Both the position numbers and the translations under genes were made by a program. Below the pieces are notes generated by a model that was not told where the DNA came from, did no database searches, and saw only the letters and a program-made list of their open reading frames with translations. Source: Octopus sinensis (taxonomy: Eukaryota). From it: a DNA stretch of 64,000 nt. The stretch is from positions 28,395,360 through 28,459,359 of the forward strand of contig NC_043019.1 in NCBI RefSeq assembly GCF_006345805.1, given 5' to 3'. Below are positions 12,601 through 27,631 of the stretch, one piece after another (position 1 is the stretch's first letter; each line of letters starts with the position of its first letter).

Positions 12601-15600
12601 TGGAGACACTGCAAAATAGCAAGGCATGAGGCAATCTGCTAGTGTTGGTGTCATGATATAATGCATCTTGTACATTTTGTGTAGCGGGTAGTGAATGAGT
12701 GGAGACAGTGCAAGACCAAGAGGACCCTTTAGTCTTGTTAAGGACATGGCGAATTCTTTAGTGTTGGTGTCACAACAAAATGTACCAGTCATGGGGACCA
12801 TACCTAAAGTGGAACACATGTGAGATGTGGTCTGCCTACCTCGTCCTGATAGGTAGTAACCCTGAATAAGAAGTCACAGTGTGACAATCCACCTGACGCA
12901 TGCTAGGTTGGAAAACAAACCTAAAATGATGATGGTAATTACTAGAATCAATAGGTGTTGTTGCTTATCCCTGATCAAGCTGACCTATGATAATCTTTTT
13001 TGTTTAGACATGATGCTTTTGACCTATTATTAATGGTTTTTCTTTCACCTACCAAGTTAGGTCGAATACAGTCACTTACACATAAGTGTTTTCACATGTG
13101 TTAACAAGTTATTGATTTCTTTGTGAATAAGTAATTATAAATATATTGTCAATAAATAATATTAACAAATTCTAACTCATCACTCCAGTGACTAATAGCA
13201 TTCAGCTCAAAATTTGAAAGTAAAAAGTATCCCAATAAATTTAACTGATAAAACGCCAAAGATAAACTTTGCCTCTCACACAGAAAGAGTGTTCAGTTTT
13301 AGTTTTTAACCCTAAAACAACAATTCTATTTGAACTGTAGTTTCATACGGTTCAGGATTTGATGGTAGATGGTGTGGATATGTATGGTATAGGTTTTAAA
13401 AGTTAAGAAGATTACCAATATATGCAAGATTATCAATCCACACTGTCTTTACCACTTTTCATTTAAACCTCTCTCTTTTTTCTTTTTTCTCTTGCTTTTG
13501 CTTTTCAATTCATTATATATCTTTTCACAATACATAGCAGCACATTTTCCTACTATCCTACATCTATTATTTCTTCTCACATTTTCACTGTCTTTTGGCA
13601 CCTCACCTCTTCCCTTGTTTCCCCATCCTTCTTGCTCCCCTACTTTGGTCAAAAAACTTTTGAGGTCGAAAAAAAAATCTCTTCCTATACTGAATGCAAC
13701 ATCTTCACACACATACACACACACATGTGCAAGCACAGCCAGATATGCAGGTATGGTTGTGTGGGTTAAGAAGCTTGCTCCCCAACCATGTGGTCAGGTA
13801 CTCAGTCTCTGTGTGTGGTACCTTGGGCAAATATCTTCTATTGTAGCCCCAGGCTGACTAAAGCCTTATAAGTGGACTTGGTTGGTGGAAACTGAAAGAA
13901 GATCATCTAACCATGCAAACATGGAAAGATTTTATATGATAGACATTACTTATAATGTTGAATAGCAGAAAAATTGAATCACTGAAATAGTGTCCCTAAA
14001 AGTTGCTAAAAGTTATTTTCTAAACATTAAAGACTATATCTCCCATAAATGTACTTTTCTAATAAAATATTTGACTAAACCCAGTTAACCCTTCAATAAT
14101 AATAATCTGCATGAAAATGCCCCCTGACTCTGTGATCACTTTATTTTTTGAAGTGTCTATATCTAAACTAAAACCTTCTCTCATAATTTCAAATAAACAT
14201 CAGCTTAGTTAATTCATAACAAAATTGTTTTTACTAAATCTTTTCAAATTCTTGATTATCTTTTCAATATGATCACAAAAGGGTTGACTAAAAATTGAAA
14301 TATTTTATTTTTAGATTTAAGACGGTCTTCAGGTTAGGAAAAAATTTTTTTTTTTAAATTGTTCCTTGTTTGTATTTCATTTGTTTTGTTTATGATAACA
14401 AAACAAGTTTTGACAAACTATTTTTATTCTCCTGAAAATAGTTTTGTCATTTTAAAAAAATTTGTTGATCTTCTTTATATGCATGCTTTTGTTGTGAGTA
14501 TTTTGCATTGCACCAGAAAAAGCACCACCCCCCATTAGAACTCGGTACATATTGGTTAGCCTTGTGTAATTAATTTAAAAAAAAAAAAAGCAAAAAAATA
14601 AACAAAAAAAAATCCACAGTCAAAGCTTATCTCCTTCCTTCCTTCCTTTGGCTTGCTGAAAGTAACATGGCTGCCTGCCATGGGTGCCAGTATGGCTGCT
14701 GTATTGTACTCACACTTGCTTGACTTCTGTGGAAATGATTTTCTCCTCAGGTCTTTCCTCTTCAGACAAGTACTTGAAGCTGGGAAACAGTATGCTCGAT
14801 GGTACAACCCACCAACCAGTTGGAAGCTCTACAACCAGTGGTAAGAAGTCTAAGAAAACAAAGCGGAAGAGAGAAAGGAAAGGACAACATTATTCTGATA
14901 CTGATGAGGAAGAAGTAGATGGCTCTGTGAATGCAGTTAGCACTGTGATGGACATGCCAGAGGTATGAGCTAGTCTAGAAATTTATTCATCATTTCACTT
15001 TTGCCTTAGTGGTATGGATGAAGGTGGCAAGCTGGCAGAAACGTTAGCACGCCGGGCGAAATGCCTAGCAGTATTTCGTCTGCCGCTACGTTCTGAGTTC
15101 AAATTCCGCCAATGTCGACTTTGCCTTTCATCCTTTCGGGGTCGATTAAATAAGTACCAGTTACGCACTGGGATTGATATAATCGACTTAATCCATTTGT
15201 CTGTCTTTGTTTGTCCCCTCTGTGTGTAGCCCCTTGTGGGCAGTAAAGAAATAGGTATGGATGAATGTATCAGTCTTACCATTCCATTTTATTTTAGTAT
15301 CATCTTCAATGAGGGGACTGGAGCTTCATAGAAAGATATACAGTTGTGTCTTCTATTGTATATTTTAGTTATTGTAAAGTCCTCTTATGCTTAGTGGTTA
15401 GGGTATCTGCCTCACAATCATAAGGTCGGGAGTTTGATACCTGGTAGTGTTGTGTCCTTGAACAAGACACTTTATTTCATGTTGCTCCAGTTCATTCAGC
15501 TGGTAAAAATGAATAGTAGCTGTAATTCAAGGGGCCAGCCTTATCACATTCTGTGTCACGCTGAATTTCCCCAAGAACTACATACATGTGTCTGTGGAGT

Positions 15601-18600
15601 ACTCAGCCACTTGCACTTAAATTTCCCGAGCAAGCTGTTCCACTGACCGTATCAACTGGAACACTCCTCGTTATAACCGGGTGGCCAGTTGAAGTCAGCA
15701 TGTGGTTAGCTATTGATAAAATCTGATCAGTTGAATGCAAACTTTTATGCTTTTGTTTAATATTTCTATGTCATTGAATACAATTATGAAGCACTCTAAT
15801 AATTAACCCTCTCATTGTGAAATTAAATTATATCCCCATTGAAGTTGGTGACTATTGAGTGTCAGTTCAAAACACACACACAAACAAGAACAAGCATGCA
15901 CACACACACACACACACAGAGGAACAGCACACTCGCACGTACAACCCATTAGCTTCCTCTTTCTGCTTCGATTCGTTAACTGATAGTTGACAAGATAACA
16001 CGTGTTGGCGGAAATAACCGAGTAATTTGTTGACAAAATTTGAGGCAAAACGAAATTACGCCTCTTCTTTTGTCCATTTTAGGTGGTGGATAAAATAAAT
16101 AAACTGCTCAGTAATAATTTGTATAAATAATAGCATTGTTGTGACTAGTTAAAAAGAAGTATTAGTTAAAAACCACAATGAAGATGACTGGAAATAATTA
16201 TTAATTATTCTAATGAAACTAATTTGCTAAGCTTTTAACTGCATTAGTAAATTTTATGGTTATTCCAGTAGCAATGTTGAATATCTTCAAAACAGAAAAA
16301 CAAAATTGCTATTTTCTGCAATTTGCATTACCTCAATGAACTTGACATATTTCAATGAAAAATTGCTTCTAACATGACTGGTGTATAAAACTAATTTCCA
16401 CATTTAAGAATATTGAAATTTTGAGTAGCTGTATCTTGTTTCCATACTAAAAGTGTTAAGGAAAAAAATGCAATTAATTCTATGTTATTATATTAATTAC
16501 TTAAATGCTTTATCTAAAAGTACTTTCTAAATGATTTTTTATTAGGGTGCTCATTTATCAGATAAAGATGATGATGACAAGAATGCTGATGATCCTCACA
16601 GAAAACTGAACATTGATCTTGACGAGTAAGTATATTAATTAATTCACCTGTACCGCAGTGCCGGTGGCACATAAAAAGCACCAACCAATCGTGGCCATTG
16701 CCAGCCTCCTCTGGCCTCTGTGCCGGTGGCACGTAAAAAGCACCTACTACATTCACGGAGTGGTTGGCATTAGGAAGGGCATCCAGCTGTAGAAACATTG
16801 TCAGATCAGACTGGAGCCTGGTGCAGTCTTCTGGCCTCCCAGACCCTGGTCAAACTGTCCAACCCATGCTAGCATGGAAAACAGATGTTAAAGGATGATG
16901 ATGAAGGATTTGTTGTCTCTATCAGTCTCGTTAATATTTATGTTTTGTCTTGTTTTATTTTACCATTATAAAGGGGCATTTCCTAAAGTTTTATTCATAA
17001 TTGACTCCAAATTTTAAGTTAACTGGAACATTTAATTTTTTCTTATTGTGTATAAATTTATGGAGAATTTTGTGGTCATGTAGTTTTGACTTCAGTCTTA
17101 CAGCAGGGCACCATGAGCAAATGTCTTCTATTATAACTCTAAGCTGACCTTCTAAGCCTTCTAAGTGGATTTGATAGAAAGACCCTGTTGTGTGTCCTTG
17201 CATTAGCTTTGCATGCTAACATGCTAATTATAAACAAATATTACCATTATACAAGCAATGTTTGTTTGCAATCTTCTGTGTAGTCTTGTTTGATCATTGT
17301 GCTATTCATGTTCAAAGAGACAGGAGAAACATTACCTTGCTTTGAAACAGGTGAGGGTTGGTGACAGGAAAGGCATCTGGTTGTAGAAAATCTGTATCAA
17401 CGAATCCCCTTTCTTGCTCTCAGTGTGATGCTCACTGTATCGCTGCTCCTCTCATAATTCCTTGTCTTGTAATTTACTTGGTTACCCTGCCAGAGCTGGT
17501 GCCATGTTAAAAGCATCCAGTCCACACTGTAACATGATTGGCGTCTGGAAGGGCATCCAGCTGTAAAAATCTTGCCAAAACTAACCTTGCCTGTGCTAGT
17601 GCCACATTAAAAGCACTGAGTCTACTCTGTGGAGTGGTTGGTGTTAAGGAAGGGCATCCAACCATAAAGTCCCTGCCAAAACAGACACAGTAGCCTTGGG
17701 TAGATTATACTTATATACATACACAGAGAAAAAGATGGAGTACAAAATAGCTTGTTCTTGACTATAAATCTGTATATTTAAACATTTTTCTCTTTTTTTA
17801 ATTTATAAAGAAAGAAACAAATGAATAATGTAATTTGTATTTTGTCAGTATTTTAGTTGATATAAATAAAAGCAAATTCAAAATTGCATTATACCAAGCT
17901 ATTTTCATAGACTATAAAATATTTTTGTAGTTGTTATTGTCATCATTCATCATTTTGCATTTGGTTTCCTTGCTGGCGTGGGTTGTACAGATCATCATAG
18001 ACTGAGTCACAGACTATGTGTTCCATTTTTGGCAAAATGCCTATAACTGGATCTCATTCCTAATGCCAATCTCTTTCCAGAGAGTACTGATGCATTTTAT
18101 TGTGACACCAGCTTTAGAGAGGTTGTCATATCCTCAGTAATACTAAAGGTTCATGTCTACCTACATTATCAACATTGATTTTATAACTGCAGAGTAATGA
18201 GAGCATCTTGGCACCAGCACTAGAGAGGTTGCTTTGTCTGTAGCCTCACTAAAGAATCCCCTGTAATCTACGTTGCCTTTATTTGTTTCCCAACCACTGA
18301 ATGCATTTTATTGTGGTTGTTTTGTCTTCTGAAAGACTAATGAATCCTCTCTGTTCCACTTGTAGTAAATTTATTTTCCCATCATGTTAGATATTTAACT
18401 TTTGCCATTTTTACAGGCCATTACGTGAAGATGAAAAGTTACCTGTACGAACACACCATGTAGTTTTAGACTATAATAACCTGGAAGAAGTTGGAGTTGA
18501 TACATTAGAGTTGGAGAAACAAAAGAAGAAAAGCAAAAAGGAAAAGGACAAGAGTAAGAAGAAGAAGAAGGTAAGAACTTTTTGTTTTTAATATATATAT

Positions 18601-20380
18601 ATATATATTTTATGACTTGGTATGTTCTGAGTTCAAATCCTGCCACAATAACTTTGCTGTTCATCTTTCCAGAGTCACTAAAATAAAGCAGCAGTCAAGT
18701 ACTGAGATTGACTAAATCAACTGTACTCTCACTCCCTAAAAATGTTAGAAATCAATAATTTATAACAATTTATAATTCAATATATTGTTCCTCTGTATTC
18801 TAATAATGACTCTTTTGCTCCAGCTAGTTGTCTGTGCGTCATACTCTCTGGAATAACGTTACTCGACAAGGTACGGTAGCTTGGATTTAAGGGAGTTTCG
18901 CCAGGTTGAGCCACTGTCTCTCCAAACTGAGAGGTCACAGCTATGGTACTATGGATTTGGGATTAGAATGTTGCAGGAAAGAATCACAAGATGAGTTCTT
19001 CAAGTCAAGCCAACCAGAAAGAAACCTAGGAGTAGACCAAGAATGAAATGGTTGAATAATGTCCATAGTTTCAGTTGGTCACGCTTTGAAATTCAACCGG
19101 AAAGTCTAATGATGGTTGCTTCTTATATGACCCTATGGACAAGGTGCCTGAGAACTCTGCCCTCCACAACCCTCTCAGGAAAGTAGGTAGAGAAGATGGA
19201 TGGATGGATAATATTTAAATAAAATAAATATATGCGCCCTTTTTAAAGCCTAGCCAGGCTCATGGGCCTGGTTTCCCGGTTTCTATGGCGTATGTGTTCT
19301 CCAGCTGGATTGGACGCCAGTCCATCACAGTATTACTCATTTTTGCCAGCTGAGTGGACTGGAGCAACGTGAAATGAAGTGTTTTGCTCAAGAACACAAT
19401 GTGTTGCCCAGTCCAGGAATCGAAACCACAATCTTACGATCCTGATGCTTACACCCTAACCACTAAGCCACACACCTCCATGGATAATATTTATTTGATA
19501 TAATTTTGTTGTTACCAAAAATTTTTGAAAATGGATGATGGCTGTGAGGTTATGGTGCTGGTCTGCTGAACACATGATCAAACGTTCAAATCTTCCTTTA
19601 GCCATTGTACTCTGAGCAAGTCACAAAACTATGTGGTTGGTTGTGTCACAAGACATTTTCTCTTTAAACAATTCTATCTTGCTGTACGAGACATTTTACA
19701 TCTACTAGATGAATTGAATCTTTCTTCAATACTTCAGTCATTTCAGTGATGAGTTCAGAACAAGGCTGAAACATTAAGAATTATCTCCCATACTTGCCAG
19801 AAAATTAAAATATTATAAGCCATTTACAAATATGGATTTTTTTTCTTTTATCACATAACTATTTCTACATGGTTTTTTTTTTTTTTTTTGCTCACTACAC
19901 AAGGTTAATTATTGCTCAAATTTACATGTATCATTGAAAATAAAAACAGGTTTCATTTAATTGCATAGCTGAGCAGTTAACAGAAGAAAATCATTCTGCA
20001 GTAAAGCCAAACAATTGTTTTTACAGCTGGGTGTAATCAGAATAAGCTATTTCATCCAAAGAAGCCTAGAGAATGGATGAAAAACTGATGGTGGTAATGA
20101 AGGATTTGATTAAAACAAAATTAAAAATGTAACTTATTTTTCTTCTTTTTTGTTGTTAATTTTCCTTTGAAAAATTCTTTTGCAGGAGAGAAAGATTCAG
20201 AAAAAAGAATTAAGTTCTGCATCTTTTGATGATAATAGAGTAAATGGAGAAACTAATATAATCTCTGCTCATGGCAAAGATTCGTTACCCTTGCAGCTGC
20301 CCGCAGAAGATCCCCAAGCACAAGTAAGGACCGAGTATTTATACACACACACACAGATACACATACACACATACACACAT

Positions 20381-20418
<38 letters not shown>

Positions 20419-23400
20419 TGTTTTCTTCTTTCTCTGAACTCTTTCAAGCCTATAATAAATTCATTCCTTTTGTCTTAATTTCTCCTTCTTCATAATTTCT
20501 TGCACCATGTGGCTTCTTGCCTTGTTTGTGACTTACTTATAAAAAAAAAATTGTTGTCATATTTTTTAAAAGATTATTTTATTTTATTCATTTTATTTTT
20601 CTAGCATGAAGATTTAGAGTTCTGGTTATCTGCTGGAGATATTTCTGCTGCTCACTCAAGGAATCAAGCAAAGATAGAAACGGTCAATTCTGTTACATTA
20701 CCAGTTTCTGGCCGAGTTCAAACAACTGATTCTAAAGATAATAATCATTTGAGTACCGAAGTATGTGGAATGTTTTTTTTTATCATTAACACATTTGCTT
20801 CTTTAAAATGGTTTTGGTATTTCATTAACTCCTTCATGGAAAGACCAAAATCTTTGTATTTTTCATTACTAAATTTCAGAGCTGCCATGTCTTGGTTTGT
20901 GAATGTTAAATGTAAAATCAGGATCATTTCAGTATAGCCTTATGCTTAATTTTTAAACTTCAATGGGTATAACTATATACTCTTAGCTCAGATGTTGCTG
21001 TGTGGTAAGAAGTTTGCTTCCCAACCACATAGTTCTGGGTTCAGTCCCACTGCGTGGCACCTTGAGCAAGTATCTTCTACTATAGCCTTAAGCTGACCAA
21101 ATCCTTGTGAGTGGATTTGGTTGCAGAAACTGAAAGGATCCCATCGTGTGTGTGAGTGTGTGTTTTATTGTCTTAACATCATGCCATAGCTGTAAATGAA
21201 TGTCACCATCATGCAACCAGTGTCCTTTGTTTCCAATCTTTTGAAACGTGTCTGGCCATATGGAAATAATACCTTACTTGGAAACAAAGTTTGGCAACAG
21301 GAAGGTCATCCAGCTAAATCTGCTTGAATATATTCTATCCAACCCCCATGCAAGCATGTAAAAATGGATATTAAATGATGTTGATGGTGATTTTGAACTG
21401 AAGCTTATTTATGCTTAATGTAATTATTTTATGGAGACTACCAAATCATTACTTCAAATATAACTTTGGTTTGGCAGTTTTGTCAGCATTCTGTTGATAG
21501 GTAAACTTTTTATCTTGGAAATGTGAAAGTCTCAATCTTAAATCAGGGCTCAAAGCTGTCGAAATCTTGATCAGGCACAGAAGTGGCTGTGTGGTAAGTA
21601 GCTTGCTTACCAACCACATAGTTCCGGGTTCATTCCCACTGTGTGACACCTTGGGCAAGTGTCTTCTACTATAGCCTCGGGCCGACCAAAGCCTTGTGAG
21701 TGGATTTGGTAGACGGAAACTGAAAGAAGCCCATCGTATATGTGTATGTATATATATATATATATATATATAATATGTACGTGTGTCTGTGTTTGTCCCC
21801 CCCACCATCGCTTGACAACCGATGCTGGTGTGTTTACATCCCCATAACTTAGTGGTTTGGCAAAAGAGACTGATAGAATAAGTACTAGGCTTACAAAGAA
21901 TAGCCTTTGAGGTGCTGTTGTGGCAGGTATGAGTTGTAGTTAGTATTCAGGTGAACCAGTTCAGAACTTTGGGATTTGGTTCTGTGAGGGATACAAAGGA
22001 ATAAAGCTCATAAGATGTTTTCAATTACATACTTAACTGAATCTTGATAATTCTTCATCATTATCAGTCATCTATTGTCATTCCATTTCATTATTATTAC
22101 TGTTTGAAAGGCAGTGAGCTGGCAGAATCATTGGCATGCCAGGCAAAATTCTTAGCAGCATTTCGTCCGTGTTTACCTTCTGAGTTCACATTCCGCCAAG
22201 GTCTACTTTGCCTTCCATCCTTTTGGGGTTGATAAAGTGAAACACTGGAGTCTATGTCATCAACTAGTCTCCTCCTGCAAAATTGCAGGCCTTGTGCCTT
22301 TAGTGGAAAGGATTATTATTATTGTTGTTTCGTCCATCTTTGATTATATTCTTTGATATATGCTGATGTTTGTTTTTGTTTTTATCTTCAAAGAAACAAA
22401 AGAAGAAGAAAGAGAAAAGGACAAAAGAGAGGAAGAAGGAAAAGAAAAAGAAAGTCGAAGAAGAAAAAAACCGTAGTGAATACGAAGAAGCTGAAGGTGT
22501 CGCTACTCCGTCTAAAGAATACCTGCCTCCATCTGAGCAGCAAGATTCAGTTAAATTTGATTCCCCTGTGAGTTGCATTTCTGTTTCCTTTTAGTTGTTC
22601 TAAACTAAAATGTATGACTAAATATCTGAGAGCTGAAATATTTTACAAATTTCATACGTAAACTGCATTTTGATTGGTTAATCTCCAATCATGATATATT
22701 TTTCAATGTCTACATCAGTGGCTCGCAACCTTTTTTAATACCCAGACTGAATCCAAAACCTTGATTTTTTTGTTTTGTTAGGGGGTTGCACAAATCAAAG
22801 AAAACTTTTTTATATTTATAGAAGATGGGGTGGTGGTTGCCAGAAGGATGCTTGTGAAACTGCTAGTCTGCATAGTACCAAACTGGATTTAAAAGCAGGA
22901 GCCTTTATTTCTAAAACTAAGAATTTCAATATACCACATGTGAAATAAAAAGTTCCTAGTTTTCATTGAATTTGATACACTATACACATTCAGGGGTTTC
23001 TGAAATGAACAAACAAAAGATTAATTGCACTTGACATTATTTTCTATGATTAACCCTTTAGCATTTAAACAAGCCATATCCAACCCAAAATATTCTGTCT
23101 GTTTTATATTTAAACTGGCAAGATCCAGCCTCTCATACCTATCCAGCAATGTCATTCCAAAAATAAACAATGACCTCATCGTAATCTTGAAGCTACAAGA
23201 TAATTGTAGTGAATTCAAAGCAACGTGAATGAATAAGCATTGAATCTGACAAAGTAATCTGAATGCTAATGGTTAAATTGTTATAAATTCCTTCAGTGTT
23301 CCTTATCTGTTGTTTGTAGAACTTTCATCTCTGTTAGTTTTCTGTGATTTCTTTCCTTCGTTGCATCTTATTTCTGTTTTTCTTTAATAAATGAATATTT

Positions 23401-26400
23401 AAAACATTTTTTTTACATGATGCAAACGTTTCTCTTTTTGTAGCCTATGTCAAATTACCGAAGATTAGCTGGAAATGAGTCTCTGAAAATGGTATGTCCA
23501 CTTTGTAAATATGTGTCTAATTTATTTTATATTTGATTAACATCATCTTGAAGTTAAACCTCTGACATCACCATATGGCATTAGGCATAGACATAGATAT
23601 GTGCATGAGAAGTTCACCTCCCAACCACATGGTTCCAGGTTCAATCCCACTGTGTGGCACTCTGGGCAAGTATCTTGTATCATAGCCTCAGGCCAACCAA
23701 AGCCTTGTGAGTGGATTTGGGAGATGGAAACTGAAAAAAGTTTATCGTGTGTGTCTTTGCCTTGACATTGATTGTCACTGTCATACAAGCAGCATCACTC
23801 ATTTTCAATATTCCACAAGTATACATCTAGCCATGAGGAAATATTGCCTTGCCTGGAAACAGGTGAAGGTTGGTAACAGGAAGGACATCCAGCTGTAGAA
23901 AATCTGCCTCATAATAGTCTCCATCCGCCTAATGCAAGCTTGGATAAGCAGTTGTTAAAACAATATTATCATTGAAGTTGATGCATTCTGTTGTGTATAT
24001 GTAAGTACATGAGTTAGAGTGACTCAAACAAATAATAATGGTTTGTTTTTAATTATTTTAATTAACCAGGTCTATGAAACGCGAGTGAGCCAACAGCGAA
24101 GTGATCAAATAGTGATATCTGTGATATTTACCAATCAGTCTTCTAATCACATAAAAGATATTGAGTTCAATGTCCTTAACACACTCAATGCACGATTAAT
24201 ACGAACAGTAAGTACTCGGTTAACATTTTCTCCTATCCTCTACACGAGTTTCCAAGAAATTAGGTAAGGTCTACCACAGTGGTTCTCAACCAGGGTCCAT
24301 ATAGCCCTTGAGGGTCCATATAAGATTTTTGGGGGTCCACATAACTAAACAGTATTTTAAGGGCCCCTGAAAAAATTTTGCTTTAGATGTATATATTGTT
24401 ATGTATCGCAAGAAACAGCTTGGATTATTTCTCTAAAGTTTTGCATAGTTCAGTCTACACAAGTTAATGTGTGAGAAACAAAATAGGAAGTTTGAAAGAA
24501 GTATCTTTAAACATCAAATGGCTGTAAGTGTCCATCAGAATAAGATAGGAATCAAAGAGGCCCATAGATAAAAAATGGTTGAGAACCCCTAGTCTACTGT
24601 AATACCATAACTAAACAATAAGCTACAACTGAAACTATTCTTGTGTGTTCAAGATATTTATGGATGGATGGACAGACATTGAAAGAAGCCCATTATGTGT
24701 GTGTGTCTCCTTGTTTTGACATTGAATGGTAGTTGTAGGTGAGTGTCACAGTCATACAAGCAGTATCCTTCATTTCCAATATGGTGCAAAAACATGTCTG
24801 GTCAAGGAGAAATATTACCTTGCTTGGAAACAGGTGAGGGTTGGTGACAGGAAGGGCATCTGACCATAGAAAATCTGCCTCTATAAAATTCTGTCCAACC
24901 TACCTACCTACCTCCAGCCCGCCCACACTTATTGTTTGATTATTTGTGTTTTCTATTCCAGTTTGGCTCAGATCACGACCCAGTAAAGGTGCCCTTTTTA
25001 TTACTTCCAAATAGTCAAAATGAAGGTCAGTTTGCATTTAGTATACAGAATATTACAATGCCACAGAAAATGAAGGGAACACTTACTTATATAATAAAGG
25101 TAAGCCTTATACAGATTAATGCTGACATATATTTATTTTAGTAAACACCCCATCACTACCATATTACCTTTTTTTCTCCAGATACGCCCACTCAACCTTA
25201 TGAAAATGTAAGGTAGCCATATCTTCTCTATAGTAAGACACCTCTGCTTGTCTCTGGCATAAAGCCATTTCACCTTCTCAAATACTTCTTCTAATTAGTT
25301 GAGAGAGTTCCCCACTCCACTTCTTTTGGTCTTTCTTGTCTTGCAAGTTTACTTGGCAACTCCACTAGTGCTGGTAGCACAAAAAAAAGGGGGCACCTAG
25401 TACACATTGTAAAGTGGTTGGCATTAGGAAGGGTATCAAGCCATAGAAACCATACCAATGCAGCCCTGTGACTTGCTGGAACCTGTCAAATCCATGCCAG
25501 CATTGAAAACGGACATTAAATGATGATGTTGATTTGACTGGTAGGAAATATACTTGACATATATCATTTATCACAGAGGTTCTTAACTGATGTCTATATG
25601 GCCCTTGAGGGTCTATATAAGATTTTGATGTTTAAATTTATGTGCAATAATTTGTTTATTACTTTTACAATACACCAAATATCTTATCTCCTTTTTTTAT
25701 ACAATTCCTAAAAATATTTAATTATAAAAATATATGACTTTTTAAGCATCAAATGGCTAGGTGGGTCCATCCAGGTAAAATAAGAATCAAAGGGGTCCAT
25801 AGGCAAAAATTAGTTGAGAAACACTGATTTATCAGGACAAATTACTTAGAAAAATAAAAACTCAGGTTTTATTGAATATTTTTTATGAATCCCAATTAGC
25901 TATTTTTACAATATTTGTTTTGTGTCATATTAGTTACTAACACAAAAGTATAATAAAAAAAAAATTAATAAAAATATTTTTTTATAATTATTTTGAGATG
26001 TCAGCAAAGGTATTTGTGTTTGTTTTATTTTGTTACTCCTTTGAGAGAATAAAAATGTTTATATTTTTGAAAGAAAACTAATACCATATTTTCCGGCACA
26101 CAAGTCAAAATTTTGCAGGCCAAACTTTACAGCCAAGAAAGGTAGGTTGGCTTATACACCAAGAAGACTTTGGAAGACCAAAAGTTTCATGTGAAATGCA
26201 GCAGGATTTGGAAAGATAGTGAAAATGTTTGAATGTTTACATTACTTACCTACGCTCTATACTGTGTCTACTTGTGAGCCAGAAAACACAAGTATGTATG
26301 AGCCAACAAAGGAAAACTGCACAGTCATTAGTTCTATTAGAAATAGAAGCTAAATCTCTTTTAAATTGCACCCTTCTGTCTTATGAATGTACAGAATATA

Positions 26401-27573
26401 TTTTCTAAGGGCGGTGAGCTGGCAGAAACGTTAGCACGCCGGGCGAAATGCTTAGCGGTCTTTCATCTGCCGTTACATTCTGAGTTCAAATTCTGCCGAG
26501 GTTGACTTTGCTTTTCATCCTTTCGGGGGTCGATAAATTAAGTACCAGTTACAAACTGGGGTCAATGTAATCGACTTAATCCCTTTGTCTGTCCTTGTTT
26601 GTCCCCTCTATGTTTAGCCCCTTGTGGGCAATAAAGAAATAAGAATATATTTTCCAATACACAAGTTGAATTTCTCTGACCAAAATTGACCCCCACTGTT
26701 CAACTGGTGCTTATTTTATTGAGCTCAAATGGACGAAGGGTAAAGGTGACCTTCGCATAATTTGAACTCAGAACACAAGGAGTTGGAAGGAATACCACTA
26801 AGCATTTTGTCTGATGTGCTAATGATTCTGCCAGCTTGCTACTTTTGATTAATTTATAATAACATATGAAGTTGATGAGCATCTTTATAAAAGATAGTAT
26901 TTTACACTCCACTGCATCCAAAACAAGGAATACTGCACATCTTAAACTTGCTATAATAACATGTATTGATGAACTTCTTTTCCAGACTGCTGAAGGGTCA
27001 ACACATGAAAAACTTGACTTTAAAATCTGCTTTCCATGTTCTTCTTACCTTATTGGTACTCAATGTAAGGGGTAAGTTGTGGAATCTTAATGTTCATCTT
27101 TGTAGCTCATCACTACACTTAGGCTGCTTCCTAAAAAGCAATTTTACTTGCTTTAAGCTTAATCATCTGTTCAGACCAACATTCTTATTCTTTCTGTGAT
27201 ATTTTAAGTTTTACTCACTCCTTGGTTAATTGTAGGTGTGGAATCTTTATTTCTAAAATAATATATATTTATTTTTATGCTATTTTCATCGACACAAATA
27301 AAGCATTTACCATTGTAAACCATACCATACTGTTGGCTGTGATACTGAAGAAATCTACCCCTGTAAAACTTTAGGTTAACTGTACTGCTACGCATTGGTG
27401 GAACAAGTTTCATTCTGCTGAACTAGTTCAACACAGTTCTTACCACACAGCCACTCTTGCGCTTATAACCACTCCTGCTAAAGAATAATAAATATATACT
27501 CTACAAAAAGAATTGTGTAATCCTTCAGTTTAATGTAAACTTGTTTTTATTATAACTTGACATAAAAACAAAC

Positions 27574-27631
<58 letters not shown>

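Noticed and set aside
14841-14846. Internal GTAAGA donor-like sites in AP3D1 exons 9, 11 (18554) and 18 (27065)
   Set aside because: Use would shift the frame relative to the next exon; no evidence of function.
19746-19782. GUGAUGA...GAAACAUUA hammerhead-like word in an AP3D1 intron
   Set aside because: Core, stem II and stem III are all imperfect; cannot be separated from chance.
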